This document shows, piece by piece, positions 21,727-32,200 of a DNA stretch of 64,000 nucleotides (position 1 is the stretch's first letter; each line of letters opens with the position of its first letter). The stretch is from positions 4,624 through 68,623 of the forward strand of contig CACJGL010000004.1 of the NCBI GenBank assembly GCA_902592965.1, given 5' to 3'. This DNA comes from an uncultured Pelagibacteraceae bacterium (GTDB lineage Bacteria > Pseudomonadota > Alphaproteobacteria > Pelagibacterales > Pelagibacteraceae). The translations under genes and the position numbers were made by a program. Under the pieces are notes generated by a model. It was given only the letters and a program-made list of their open reading frames with translations, searched no databases and was not told the DNA's origin.

Positions 21727-24700
21727 TTAGTGTTGCTTACCAAGTATTGTTTTACCTGATGGAACACGAACTTCGTCTACCATTTGCTGTGTAGCTTTAT
21801 CTGGTTCTTCAGTCATTAAACTTACTACAACCATTACAACTAAACAGACCGACGCTCCAATTATACCAAAACGTAAATGGTCAATACCTAACCAAGGTGC
21901 ATTACCCATAAACTTAGGATACACATAAATTAGATAAGCTGTTCCTGATGCAAGACCTGCTATCATACCTGCTATTGCTCCTTGTCTTGTTGCTCTCTTC
22001 CACCATACACCAAGTATTAATGGGAAGAACAATCCTGACATTGCAAAGTCAAATGCCCAAGCAACTGCACCAAGGATACTAGTGATTCTCATCGATGCAA
22101 TGTATGCTCCAGCGGCTCCAATAACTATTAGAAGTGCTCTAGCAACCAACAATCTTTTTCTTACATCCGCTTTTGGATCAATGATTTTGTAATAGATATC
22201 ATGTGATAAAGCGTTTGCGATAGCAAGAATTAGACCATCAGCAGTTGACATCGCAGCAGCCATTCCTCCTGCAGCAACTAGTCCAGAAATTACGTATGGT
22301 AATCCAGCAACTTCAGGAGTTGCCAGTACAACTACGTCACCTCTCATAAACCATTCGTTCAACTGAAGAATACCATCCCCGTTAAAGTCTGCTATGTAGG
22401 CTTGTTTTACATTAATCCAAGCATTTACCCACTCAATTTGCATAATTTCAGCAATTGGTTTTCCAATAATACCTGTTGGTAAGTTTGGATCTATTAGTGA
22501 GATTTTGGATAATGTTGCAAGCATTGGCGCTGAAGTATAAAGCAATGCAATAAAGAATAGTGACCATGCCACTGATTTTCTTGCAGCTTTAACACTTGGA
22601 GTAGTGAAGTATCTCATTAAAATATGTGGTAAAGAAGCCGTTCCTACCATCATACATAGTGCTAATGAAATAAATTTCCATGCAGCCATTCCACCTTCTG
22701 GCACACCTGCGTGTGATACAGCGATAGATTTTAGACCACCTGGTACACCTGCAGCTTTGACGTCTGCAGCAGCATTTTTGACTAATCCAAATTGAGCTTC
22801 AAGATCACCTAATCTAGCCACTTCCTCACCTAACATAAAGTGTGGAAAGAAACCAAATCCAGATTTGTTACTAATCCAGAATACTGGAATTAGGTAAGCA
22901 ATAATCAATACTATGTATTGTGCAACCTGTGTCCAAGTTACCGCTCTCATTCCGCCTAGCATTGAACAAAGTAAAATACTTACTAGTCCAACCCAAACTC
23001 CTAATTCAAATGGAATACTTAGTGCTCTTGATGCAATTGTTCCTGTTGCGTTAATTTGAGCTGTTACATACGTGAAAGATGCCAATGTTAAAACAACTAC
23101 AGCAGCTTCTGCTACTTTTGGATGAGCAACAAACGCACTTTCTATTTCTGCAGTTCCAAGATTATGTCCTGAAACAATAATTACATCATCAACTCTTCCA
23201 GTGATCCAATAATATCCATCTTTATCTCTTCTGCACCCGTCCCCTGTAAAATATTTGCCATCAAATTGAGAAAAATAAGTATCAATAAATCTTTGATGAT
23301 CTCCATAAACTGTACGCATTTGACCAGGCCATGATTGTGCTATACACAAACGACCTTCAGCTTCTCCTTTCAAAACTTTCCCTTCTTTATTTACTATTAC
23401 TGGTTTAATCCCATAAAATGGTTTTGTTGCTGAACCTGGTTTTAAATTTATAGCTCCTGTTTGTGGACTAATTAATATTCCACCAGTTTCAGTTTGCCAC
23501 CAAGTATCAACAATTGGACAATTAGAATCTCCAACAGTTTTATAATACCACTCCCATGCCTCGGGATTGATTGGTTCCCCTACGGTTCCTAATAATTTTA
23601 ATGTTTTTCTTGAAGTTTTTTTAACAGGCTTATCACCTTCTCTCATTAAAGCTCTAATAGCAGTTGGGGCAGTATAAAAAATATTTACTTTATATTTATC
23701 AACGATTTGCCACCATCTTGAACTGTCGGGATAAGTTGGAATTCCCTCAAACATTATTGTTGTTGCCCCATTTGATAATGGTCCATAAATAATATAGCTA
23801 TGACCAGTTACCCAACCAATGTCAGCAGTACACCAATAAATATCTTTAGTTTTATAATTGAATATATATTGATGGGTCATAGATGCATAAACCATATATC
23901 CACCAGTTGTATGCATTACACCTTTTGGTTTTCCTGTTGATCCTGAAGTATACAAAATAAATAAAGGATCTTCTGCATTCATTTCTTCGGGTTCACATTT
24001 GTTTGAAACTTTTTTTATTAACTCGTGGTACCAAACATCTCTTCGTTCATCCCAATTAATTCTATTGCCTGTTCTTTTGACTACTACACATTTTTTCACA
24101 TTTGGACAATTTACCAAAGCCTCGTCAGCTATTGATTTCAGAGGTATTATTTTTCCACCTCTTACACCCTCATCGGCAGTAATTAGATAATCAGACTCAC
24201 AATCGTTTATTCGTCCAGAAATACTATCAGGAGAAAATCCTCCAAAGATTATTGAGTGCACTGCTCCTATTCTTGCACAAGCTAACATAGTATACGCAAG
24301 TTCTGGTATCATAGTTAAATAAATTGTTACTCTATCACCTTTTTTAACTCCTAATTCTTTAAGACCATTTGCAGCTTTAGAAACTTCTTTGTGTAATTCT
24401 TTATAAGAAATTTTCTTTTGAACCTTTGGATCATCTCCAACCCATATAATCGCAGTTTTATCTTTATTCTTCTTTAAGTGTCTATCAATACAATTTGCTG
24501 ATGCATTAAGAGTACCATCATAAAACCATTTTATCTTAACATCTGATTTACTATATTTAACATCTTTAATTTTTGTATATGGTTTTATCCAATTAATTCT
24601 TTTTCCTTCTTTTTTCCAAAATCCATCATTATCTTTTATTGAAGCTTTATATTTTTTTTCATACTGAGATTTATTTACTAGAGCTTTGCTGATCCAGTCT

Positions 24701-24813
24701 TTCTTTGTTCTATATATAAGTTCTTTTTCTTGCTTTGGTGCAAAAGACTTTATCTTAGATTTTCTTTTAGTGATTATTTTCTTCTTTTTTTTTTTAACTT
24801 TTTTTTTTGGCAT
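21727..24813 (-). CDS. acs: In-frame chimera: acetyl-CoA synthetase (aa 1-~573, C-terminus missing) fused to an ActP-like sodium:solute symporter (N-terminus missing)
   Basis: [37 protein letters not shown]; then ...AEAAVV|[45 protein letters not shown]. Confidence 0.9.
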   Translation of the reverse strand: MPKKKVKKKKKKIITKRKSKIKSFAPKQEKELIYRTKKDWISKALVNKSQYEKKYKASIKDNDGFWKKEGKRINWIKPYTKIKDVKYSKSDVKIKWFYDGTLNASANCIDRHLKKNKDKTAIIWVGDDPKVQKKISYKELHKEVSKAANGLKELGVKKGDRVTIYLTMIPELAYTMLACARIGAVHSIIFGGFSPDSISGRINDCESDYLITADEGVRGGKIIPLKSIADEALVNCPNVKKCVVVKRTGNRINWDERRDVWYHELIKKVSNKCEPEEMNAEDPLFILYTSGSTGKPKGVMHTTGGYMVYASMTHQYIFNYKTKDIYWCTADIGWVTGHSYIIYGPLSNGATTIMFEGIPTYPDSSRWWQIVDKYKVNIFYTAPTAIRALMREGDKPVKKTSRKTLKLLGTVGEPINPEAWEWYYKTVGDSNCPIVDTWWQTETGGILISPQTGAINLKPGSATKPFYGIKPVIVNKEGKVLKGEAEGRLCIAQSWPGQMRTVYGDHQRFIDTYFSQFDGKYFTGDGCRRDKDGYYWITGRVDDVIIVSGHNLGTAEIESAFVAHPKVAEAAVVVLTLASFTYVTAQINATGTIASRALSIPFELGVWVGLVSILLCSMLGGMRAVTWTQVAQYIVLIIAYLIPVFWISNKSGFGFFPHFMLGEEVARLGDLEAQFGLVKNAAADVKAAGVPGGLKSIAVSHAGVPEGGMAAWKFISLALCMMVGTASLPHILMRYFTTPSVKAARKSVAWSLFFIALLYTSAPMLATLSKISLIDPNLPTGIIGKPIAEIMQIEWVNAWINVKQAYIADFNGDGILQLNEWFMRGDVVVLATPEVAGLPYVISGLVAAGGMAAAMSTADGLILAIANALSHDIYYKIIDPKADVRKRLLVARALLIVIGAAGAYIASMRITSILGAVAWAFDFAMSGLFFPLILGVWWKRATRQGAIAGMIAGLASGTAYLIYVYPKFMGNAPWLGIDHLRFGIIGASVCLVVMVVVSLMTEEPDKATQQMVDEVRVPSGKTILGKQH

Positions 24814-24827
24814 GGATTATAAATTTT

Positions 24828-25241
24828 TCAGATACTACCCATCTTCAAAATAATTTTCCAGCATTTAGTGTTAATTGGCATAACAGACAATCTGCTTTGT
24901 TTTATTAGTGCAATATCTTTTAAATCTTTATTTTTTTTAATGTTTTCAAGAGAAACTGGTGTTTTTAGTTTGCTTTTATACTTAACTTTTACTGCTACAA
25001 ATCGCTTATCTTTATCTGTTGGGTCAATAAATGCTGTTTTAATTACCTCAACAATTCCAACGATTTCTTTACCAATATTTGAATGGTAAAAAAAACAAAG
25101 ATCACCCTTCTTCATTTTTTTCAAATTATTGGCTGCTTGATAATTTCTTACTCCATCCCAGTCAGCACCTTTTGGACCAACCATAAATTGTTGATCTATC
25201 GACCAAACATTAGGCTCTGACTTTAACAACCAGTATTTCAT
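24828..25241 (-). CDS. EVE domain protein
   Basis: YWLLKSEP, WDGVRNYQA.N, FFYHS, SRLSV. Confidence 0.95.
   Translation of the reverse strand: MKYWLLKSEPNVWSIDQQFMVGPKGADWDGVRNYQAANNLKKMKKGDLCFFYHSNIGKEIVGIVEVIKTAFIDPTDKDKRFVAVKVKYKSKLKTPVSLENIKKNKDLKDIALIKQSRLSVMPINTKCWKIILKMGSI
25103..25241 (-). repeat. Direct repeat copy 1 (EVE 5' 139 bp)
   Basis: Aligns ungapped with 31886-32024, about 10 mismatches by manual alignment. Confidence 0.95.
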
Positions 25242-25326
25242 TAATTTACAATTTCCTTAAATTAAAATCAAAATTTATTAAATATTAATATATAAGATAT
25301 TTAAAACTATTTTTTCCTTCAAAAAA

Positions 25327-26985
25327 TTAGTCAATTATATTCCTAAGTCTTAACTCTTTCTCCCAATTAATTATTTCATCATTTTTATTATACAATTGAG
25401 TAATTTTTTTTTTTTTATTTCCTTTATCAATAAAAAAACTTTTTTTAGCCAGTAGTTTGAAGTTGTAATCTGTAGAACAACTTAAAAGAGACCTCGCTGC
25501 ATTTGGTAAATTCATAGTATTTTCAGCATTTATCAGACAACTTTTATCAAATTTTACAATCGTGAAAGTATCATATTTAGAAGTTTTATAGTTATTTTTG
25601 TTAATATATTCTCCATGATCAGATGTGATCACGATATTTGCATTATTGTCGTTATTATAAATATAACTAAAAAATTCTTCTAATTTTTTTAACATGCATT
25701 CGTAATTTTTTTTATAGCCATAATGTTCATCATTGGGTGAATAAGTTGTATTTATTTTTTTAAACTTACAATCTGAATCGTAAACAAATGGTTCGTGTGG
25801 TATCATCAAGTGCATAAAAATAAACTTTTTTGAGTCTTGTTTTATATTTGTTTTATAAAACTTTTTAAAAGAATCATTATTTTCAAAACTTCTCTTTTTA
25901 AAATTATCTTCAACACTTTTGTAAGATTTAAATAAATTTCTAATTCTATTTTCAATAGAATAAAATGGACTAGACTTATAAAATGTTAAAATTACATTAT
26001 ATGAAAATAGTATATTTTTTTCATTTTTTAAATAATTAGAATGACAAAGTTTTTGGTTATATAACTCACAGTTTTTAGTAGCATTCCCAAACCAAAAAAA
26101 ATCATAATCAATATCATCTAAATATTTTATTAAAGGTAGTTTATATATGAATGGTTCTGCTAAAATCTTCGGATAAATTAAATCTTCAGGATAATCATTA
26201 ATATTTTTTTCATTGAGATGGTATTTCATAAAAAAAGCAGATGCTATGCTATTTGAGCTGTAGGGATAAGCTGTTTTTGTGCCAGAAATATATTTAAATC
26301 CATACTTTGATGCTGTATTTAAGAATTTATCTGAATAATTCCTTTTATAAACTTTTTCAAACTCATTTAAGTCAACTGCGTCATCTACGATAATTAAATA
26401 AATATTCCTCTTAGAATTTATTGATGATATTTTTTTCTTATCTATAGCTGTTACAAAATTTTGCTTGCTAGATTTCAATTTATATAAATTATAAATTAAA
26501 AAATATGCTTCAGTAAAAAAACAAATAGCTATAAATATAGATATAAACCTTTTTGCAAATGAGTTATTTTTAAATAGAACTAATATTATGAAAATTAAAT
26601 ATATAAATAATAATATAATAAATGATATCTCTCCAGAGATAGAAGATAAATCATAATCTGATATATCATAAATTACTATAACTAAATTTTTTTTTAAAGA
26701 TGAAAAAAAATAAAAAAAAATAAAAAAAAATAAAGCTATCGCAATTAGTAACTTGTTAAAAATTTTTTTTTTAAAAACAAAATTAATAAATATTGCAGAA
26801 ATAGTAATTAAAAAAAGATAGAAAAAAAAATTAATAATAATCGATTTAATAAAAACATTATCTATTTCTAGATAATTTCTATTCATAAAAGAGATATTCG
26901 GAATTATTATAATTATTGCGCTCAGAATAAAGTATAAAATATAACTTTTAACGCCTAAATTATTAAAAAGTTTTTTAAATAACAT
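25327..26985 (-). CDS. Membrane-anchored alkaline-phosphatase-superfamily protein (LtaS/sulfatase-like transferase)
   Basis: About 5 N-terminal TM helices; NIYLIIVDD, HLMIPHEPF and ITSDHG metal-binding motifs; very AT-rich. Confidence 0.8.
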   Translation of the reverse strand: MLFKKLFNNLGVKSYILYFILSAIIIIIPNISFMNRNYLEIDNVFIKSIIINFFFYLFLITISAIFINFVFKKKIFNKLLIAIALFFFIFFYFFSSLKKNLVIVIYDISDYDLSSISGEISFIILLFIYLIFIILVLFKNNSFAKRFISIFIAICFFTEAYFLIYNLYKLKSSKQNFVTAIDKKKISSINSKRNIYLIIVDDAVDLNEFEKVYKRNYSDKFLNTASKYGFKYISGTKTAYPYSSNSIASAFFMKYHLNEKNINDYPEDLIYPKILAEPFIYKLPLIKYLDDIDYDFFWFGNATKNCELYNQKLCHSNYLKNEKNILFSYNVILTFYKSSPFYSIENRIRNLFKSYKSVEDNFKKRSFENNDSFKKFYKTNIKQDSKKFIFMHLMIPHEPFVYDSDCKFKKINTTYSPNDEHYGYKKNYECMLKKLEEFFSYIYNNDNNANIVITSDHGEYINKNNYKTSKYDTFTIVKFDKSCLINAENTMNLPNAARSLLSCSTDYNFKLLAKKSFFIDKGNKKKKITQLYNKNDEIINWEKELRLRNIID

Positions 26986-27039
26986 TTGAATTATTTTATC
27001 GCTATTATTAGTAGTCTAATATATTAAAATATATTTTAC

Positions 27040-28341
27040 ATGAAGAATAAAAAAAAAAAAATAGTATACGCTGCTTTGTCCGCGGATATATTGCATGAAG
27101 GTCATATTAATATTTTAAAATATGCTAACAAACTTGGCGATGTCATCGTTGGTCTTTTGACTGATGAAGCAATTGCGTCTTATAAAAATATACCAACTTT
27201 AAATTATAGACAGAGAGAAATTGTTTTAAAAAATATTAGATATGTAAAAAAAGTTATTCCTCAAAAAACTCTAGATTATAGGCCTAATTTATACTTTATT
27301 AAGCCAAATTATGTAGTTCATGGTGACGATTGGAAAACAGGTGTTCAAAAAAATACTAGAAGACAAGTAATTTTAACAATTAAAAAATGGGGTGGTAAAT
27401 TAATAGAACCAAATTATACAAAAAATATTTCTTCAACCAAAATTAAATCAAATCTTATAAGTCAATTAACTCCTACATCAAGAGTTTCAAATTTAAGAAG
27501 ACTATTGAAAACCAAAAAGCTGGTAAGAGTTTTAGAAGCCCACAGTCCACTATCAGGTTTACTTATTGAAAATACAAAAATTGAAAAAAAAAATAAAATT
27601 GAACAGTTTGATGCTATGTGGTCTTCGAGCTTAACAGACTCTAGCTTAAAAGGTAAACCAGATAATCAATCATTAGATTTTTCTTCAAGATTTAATGGAT
27701 TAGGTGATTTATTAGATGTAACCACAAAACCTATAATTTTCGATGCAGACAACGGAGGAAGATTAGAACATCTTTCATTTACTATAAGAACTCTTGAGAG
27801 ATTAGGAGTTTCAGCAATTATCATAGAAGATAAAGTTGGTTTAAAAAAGAATTCGCTATTCAAAAATCAATCAGGATCTAAGCAAGATAATATTAATGAA
27901 TTTTGCAAAAAAATTAAACTGATAAAAAAAACAAGAAAGTCCAAAGATTTCTTAATAGGTGCAAGAATAGAAAGTTTTATTTTAGGCAAGGGGTTAAATG
28001 ATGCATTAAAACGAGCTAAAGCATATTCGAATTCTGGTGCAGATTTAATTTTAATTCATAGTAAAGAAACAACTCCCAAAGAAATATTTTCATTTTCTAA
28101 AATTTTTAGAAAAACAAAATGGAATAAACCTTTAGTATCAGTACCCTCAACATATTCGAGGACTACCGAAAACGAATTATTTAAAAATGGTTTCAGAATT
28201 GTTATATATGCAAATCATATGCTAAGAGCAGCATACCCAGCTATGCAAAGTGCTGTTAAAAGTATACTTAAAAATAAAAGATCTTACGATTTAGAAAATA
28301 AAATTAGCTCAGTAAATGAAATAATTAATTTAATTAAATAA
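27040..28341 (+). CDS. pepM: Phosphoenolpyruvate mutase with N-terminal cytidylyltransferase domain
   Basis: DILHEGH (HxGH) and VVHGDDW NTase motifs; PepM signature EDKVGLKKNS (EDK-X5-NS), ARIES, IYANH..RAAY. Confidence 0.96.
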   Translation: MKNKKKKIVYAALSADILHEGHINILKYANKLGDVIVGLLTDEAIASYKNIPTLNYRQREIVLKNIRYVKKVIPQKTLDYRPNLYFIKPNYVVHGDDWKTGVQKNTRRQVILTIKKWGGKLIEPNYTKNISSTKIKSNLISQLTPTSRVSNLRRLLKTKKLVRVLEAHSPLSGLLIENTKIEKKNKIEQFDAMWSSSLTDSSLKGKPDNQSLDFSSRFNGLGDLLDVTTKPIIFDADNGGRLEHLSFTIRTLERLGVSAIIIEDKVGLKKNSLFKNQSGSKQDNINEFCKKIKLIKKTRKSKDFLIGARIESFILGKGLNDALKRAKAYSNSGADLILIHSKETTPKEIFSFSKIFRKTKWNKPLVSVPSTYSRTTENELFKNGFRIVIYANHMLRAAYPAMQSAVKSILKNKRSYDLENKISSVNEIINLIK

Positions 28342-29450
28342 TGATATTAGTAAATAAACTAATTGAAGTTTTAAAAAAAAACAAAATAGAATTTTTTACC
28401 GGAGTTCCTGACAGCATTTTAAAAAATTTTTCTTTATATTTAGAAAAATTACCAAAACAAATGCATGTTATAGCTACAAATGAAGGTTTGGCTACATCTT
28501 TAGGAATTGGTTATTATTTATCTACAAAAAAAATACCATGTATATATTTACAAAACTCAGGATTAAGTAATGCAATAAATCCTCTAATTTCAATTGCAAA
28601 TAAAGCAGTTTATTCAATACCATTATTTTTAATGATAGGATGGAGAGGTTCTCCAAAAAAATTTGACGAGCCACAACATAATGCAAAGGGCAAAATAACC
28701 ACTAAATTATTAAAACTTTTAAAAATTGAATACTGCATTTTAAGAGAAGAAGAAGACTTAAAAAAACTAAATAAAATAATTAAAACAGCAAAAAAAAACC
28801 AAAGCATAGTTGCCTGCCTGGTAGAAAAAAATACTTTAAAATTTGGTCAAATAATAAATAAGAAAAAGGAAAAAAATTATATCTTTCGTCACGAATTTAT
28901 TGAGGAGTTTTTAAAATTAGTACCAAAAAAAAGTAAAATAATTTCTACAACTGGATTTACCTCAAGAGAGTTAATGGATTTAAGAAAAAAAAATAAAATT
29001 AAAAATGGAAAAGATTTTTATATGGTAGGTGGGATGGGTCATTCAGCGAGTGTAGCATCAGGTTATGCTTTACATTCAAAAAAAAAAATATTTTGTTTAG
29101 ATGGTGATGGTTCAATATTGATGCATATGGGTGCATTAAGGACAATAGGCTATCTTAAGAAAAAAAATTTAAGCCATATATTATTAAATAATAATTCGCA
29201 TGAATCTGTTGGTGGCCAACCCACGTCAGCTTTTGGAATAGATTTTAAAAAATTATGTATTAGTCTTGGATACAAGAATTATTTTTTTATAAATAATAAA
29301 AAAAATTTAAAAATAAAGATCAAATCTTTCATCAAATCTAAAGGTCCGAGTTTTTTAGAGGTAAAAATAAATAATGGCTCTTTAAAGAATTTGTCTAGAC
29401 CAAAAAATCTAAATAAAATAAAGAAAAATTTTATGTCAACTTATGATTAA
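28341..29450 (+). CDS. ppd: Phosphonopyruvate decarboxylase
   Basis: FTGVPDS, QNSGL.NAINPL, DEPQH, VGGMGH, ThDP motif DGDG..NN..HESVGGQ. Confidence 0.95.
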   Translation: MILVNKLIEVLKKNKIEFFTGVPDSILKNFSLYLEKLPKQMHVIATNEGLATSLGIGYYLSTKKIPCIYLQNSGLSNAINPLISIANKAVYSIPLFLMIGWRGSPKKFDEPQHNAKGKITTKLLKLLKIEYCILREEEDLKKLNKIIKTAKKNQSIVACLVEKNTLKFGQIINKKKEKNYIFRHEFIEEFLKLVPKKSKIISTTGFTSRELMDLRKKNKIKNGKDFYMVGGMGHSASVASGYALHSKKKIFCLDGDGSILMHMGALRTIGYLKKKNLSHILLNNNSHESVGGQPTSAFGIDFKKLCISLGYKNYFFINNKKNLKIKIKSFIKSKGPSFLEVKINNGSLKNLSRPKNLNKIKKNFMSTYD

Positions 29451-30561
29451 TTTTAATATTTCATCAAATAAAGATCTTAACAACTTTCTAAAAGATTCAA
29501 AATTCAAAAATATATTTATAATATCTGGCAAAAAATCATTTGAAGCCTCAGGATCGAAAAAAATTATGAAAAAATTCTTGATAAATAAGAATGTAAAATA
29601 TTATTTTAAAATAAATTCATATCCTGAACTTAACGAGTTAAAAAAAATAATTAAAGAAATCAAAATATTTAGTCCCGATTTAATTATTGCAATTGGCGGC
29701 GGATCGGTAATCGATTATGCTAAAATTGCAAATGTTTTAACAAGTAGTAAAAATTTAAAATATGAAATTTTAAATTCCTCTTACAATGTAAAAAATAAAT
29801 TTACTAAATTAGTTGCAATACCAACTACTGCAGGATCTGGAGCAGAAGTTACCACAAATGCAGTAATATATATAAACAAAATTAAATATTCAGTTGAAGG
29901 AGATAAATTAAGACCTGATTTTTTTTTTTTAATTCCCGAGTTAGTTTTGGGTGCTTCCAATAAAATTAAATCATCAGCAGGTTTTGATGCTATTGCCCAA
30001 GCAATGGAGTCACTCATTTCAAAAAAATCAAATTCTAAAAGTGTAGCTTTTGCAAAAAAATCTCTCAAAATCTCTTTAAAATATTATTTAGATTTTTTAT
30101 CAAATCCAAATAAAGAAAATTCATATGCAATGTGTTTGGCCTCAAATTTAGCTGGTGAAGCAATTAGTATATCTAAAACAACGGCACCTCATGCAGTATC
30201 TTACCCTTTTACAGCAATTTATAATATTAGTCATGGACATGCTGTTTCTTTAACTCTTGATAAATTTTTTAAATTTAACTTTAAAAATATTAAAAACGCA
30301 AAATGTAATTTTAACCTCAATGATAGATATAAAATAATGTTTGATATTACCAAAAGTAAAGATATTGACAGTTTTAATGGGTATATTAAAAATATTAAAA
30401 AAGAAGCAAATCTTGAAAGTAATTTTATTAAATTAGGAATTGATTTAAAGAAAGATTATTCAAAGATTATCTCAGGTATTAATATAATGAGATTATCAAA
30501 CAATCCGGTGCAATTAAAAAAAAATGATTTAAAAGAAATTATTCTTAAAGATAATGTTTAA
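29443..30561 (+). CDS. Phosphonoacetaldehyde reductase (iron-containing alcohol dehydrogenase)
   Basis: GGGSVID.AK, IPTTAGSGAE, TTAPHAVSYP, HGHAV; follows pepM-ppd. Confidence 0.88.
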   Translation: MINFNISSNKDLNNFLKDSKFKNIFIISGKKSFEASGSKKIMKKFLINKNVKYYFKINSYPELNELKKIIKEIKIFSPDLIIAIGGGSVIDYAKIANVLTSSKNLKYEILNSSYNVKNKFTKLVAIPTTAGSGAEVTTNAVIYINKIKYSVEGDKLRPDFFFLIPELVLGASNKIKSSAGFDAIAQAMESLISKKSNSKSVAFAKKSLKISLKYYLDFLSNPNKENSYAMCLASNLAGEAISISKTTAPHAVSYPFTAIYNISHGHAVSLTLDKFFKFNFKNIKNAKCNFNLNDRYKIMFDITKSKDIDSFNGYIKNIKKEANLESNFIKLGIDLKKDYSKIISGINIMRLSNNPVQLKKNDLKEIILKDNV

Positions 30562-31864
30562 AAAGAAATACTTTTCACTAAATTTAGTTTTAATTATTTA
30601 TTTTTTAATTACTAGTAGTTCATATGCATATCTTGATCCAGTAACTGGATCTTTTATTATACAGATTATTGTTGCCACCTTTGCAGCAATAATTACTTTT
30701 CTATCTTTTTTTTGGTCTAAAACTAAAGAATTTTTTTATAATTTTTTTTTTAAAAGAGAGAATTTAGCTAAATCTTTAAGAGGTTATGTTAAATTTTTAA
30801 AATTGAAGAAAAATGATGATCTCATATTTTATAGCGAGTCTAAAAATTATAGAAATTATTTTATAGAATTAATAAATAATCTAGGTAAAAGTCATAAAAT
30901 TATTTATCTTACATCTGATGAAGAAGACTTAGATCATATTAATGATGTAAAACCTATATTTATAGGCGATGGTATAATAAGATTAATTCTTTTTAAATTT
31001 CTTAAGTGCAAAATAATTTTTTTAACACTGACAAATCTTAATTATCATCAATTAAAAAAATCAAAAAAATGTGAAAATTATATATATATATTTCATTCTT
31101 TGGTTAGCACTCATAAATGTTACGAAAAAAATTCGTTTGAAGCTTATGATATTATCTTTTCCAATGGTCCATATCAAACTCGAGAACTTAAAAAGGCGGA
31201 AGAGATTTATAATTTTAAACAAAAAAAAATATTTGAAACCGGATATTTATATTATGAGTTTTTAAAGAAAAATAAAAAAAATTTACCTGTTAAAAAAGGA
31301 ACAATACTTTTTGCTCCATCTTGGAATAGAAATAATAAAAATTTATTTGATGATTATTCTCATGAACTTATATCATCTCTTTTAAAGCAAAATTTCAAAG
31401 TAATATTTAGACCCCACCCCGAGTTATTGAAAAGATCTAATAAAACCTTAAAAAAATTAGTTACTTCTTTTAAAGATAATAAGAATTTTAGATTAAATAA
31501 AGATATTACTGATGTTCAATACTTAGAAGAGTCTGAATTTCTAATAACTGATAATGGTGGTATGGCTTTAGAATATTCTACAATATTTGAAAAGCCCACA
31601 ATGTATATTAATTATTCTGAAAAAATTCATAACAAGGATTTTAAAGAAATTGATGTGAGTACAATTGAAGATACCTTTAAAGAAATGTTTTGTTTATCAA
31701 TAAAAATTGATCAAATTGATGAAATACAATCTTTGAAAAAAAAAATGGATAGTAATTTTATTGAACAAAAAGATAAAATTAAATTATTTGTTTCAGAGAA
31801 TTTTAATTTTGATATCCCACCTTCGAAAAAATGTAAATCTTTGATTGAAGATATTATAAAATAA
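30554..31864 (+). CDS. TagF/CDP-glycerol glycerophosphotransferase-like protein with N-terminal YLDPxTGS membrane segment
   Basis: IFHS, ETGY, LFAPSW, FRPHP, LITD.GG..EY motifs. Confidence 0.8.
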   Translation: MFKKKYFSLNLVLIIYFLITSSSYAYLDPVTGSFIIQIIVATFAAIITFLSFFWSKTKEFFYNFFFKRENLAKSLRGYVKFLKLKKNDDLIFYSESKNYRNYFIELINNLGKSHKIIYLTSDEEDLDHINDVKPIFIGDGIIRLILFKFLKCKIIFLTLTNLNYHQLKKSKKCENYIYIFHSLVSTHKCYEKNSFEAYDIIFSNGPYQTRELKKAEEIYNFKQKKIFETGYLYYEFLKKNKKNLPVKKGTILFAPSWNRNNKNLFDDYSHELISSLLKQNFKVIFRPHPELLKRSNKTLKKLVTSFKDNKNFRLNKDITDVQYLEESEFLITDNGGMALEYSTIFEKPTMYINYSEKIHNKDFKEIDVSTIEDTFKEMFCLSIKIDQIDEIQSLKKKMDSNFIEQKDKIKLFVSENFNFDIPPSKKCKSLIEDIIK

Positions 31865-31868
31865 AATA

Positions 31869-32024
31869 TTATAATTTTACTCCAGCACCCTTCTTCATTT
31901 TTTTAAAATTATTTGCTGCTTGATAATTTCTTACTCCATCCCAGTCAGCACCTTTTGGACCAACCTTTAATTGTTGATCTATCGACCAAACATTAGGCTC
32001 TGATTTGAGTAACCAATATTGCAT
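31869..32024 (-). pseudogene. Truncated EVE duplicate (46 EVE codons plus AGVKL*); direct repeat copy 2
   Basis: MQYWLLKSEPNVWSIDQQLKVGPKGADWDGVRNYQAANNFKKMKKG-AGVKL*; about 93% identical to 25103-25241. Confidence 0.92.
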
Positions 32025-32038
32025 TTAAATAATTTATA

Positions 32039-32200
32039 TTAAATTGCTATGTAAGTAAAAGGTATAAAAACTTGAACAAAAACAAAAATAGAAAAAATTA
32101 AAACTAAAAAAATAAACATTATAAAAAATATTAATTTTACATAACCATATTTTTTTTTAAAGTCATTAATTAGGTAAATATAATTTAAAATTTTTTTCAT
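32039..32200 (-). CDS. DUF5989/SxtK-like small membrane protein (53 aa), not in ORF track
   Basis: MKKILNYIYLINDFKKKYGYVKLIFFIMFIFLVLIFSIFVFVQVFIPFTYIAI*; ATGA overlap with the carbamoyltransferase stop; PFxY C-terminus. Confidence 0.72.
   Translation of the reverse strand: MKKILNYIYLINDFKKKYGYVKLIFFIMFIFLVLIFSIFVFVQVFIPFTYIAI

Noticed and set aside
26690-26840. Long poly-A runs as phase-variable tracts in the sulfatase-like gene
   Set aside because: They encode Phe/Ile-rich TM helices in an extremely AT-rich gene and the frame is intact
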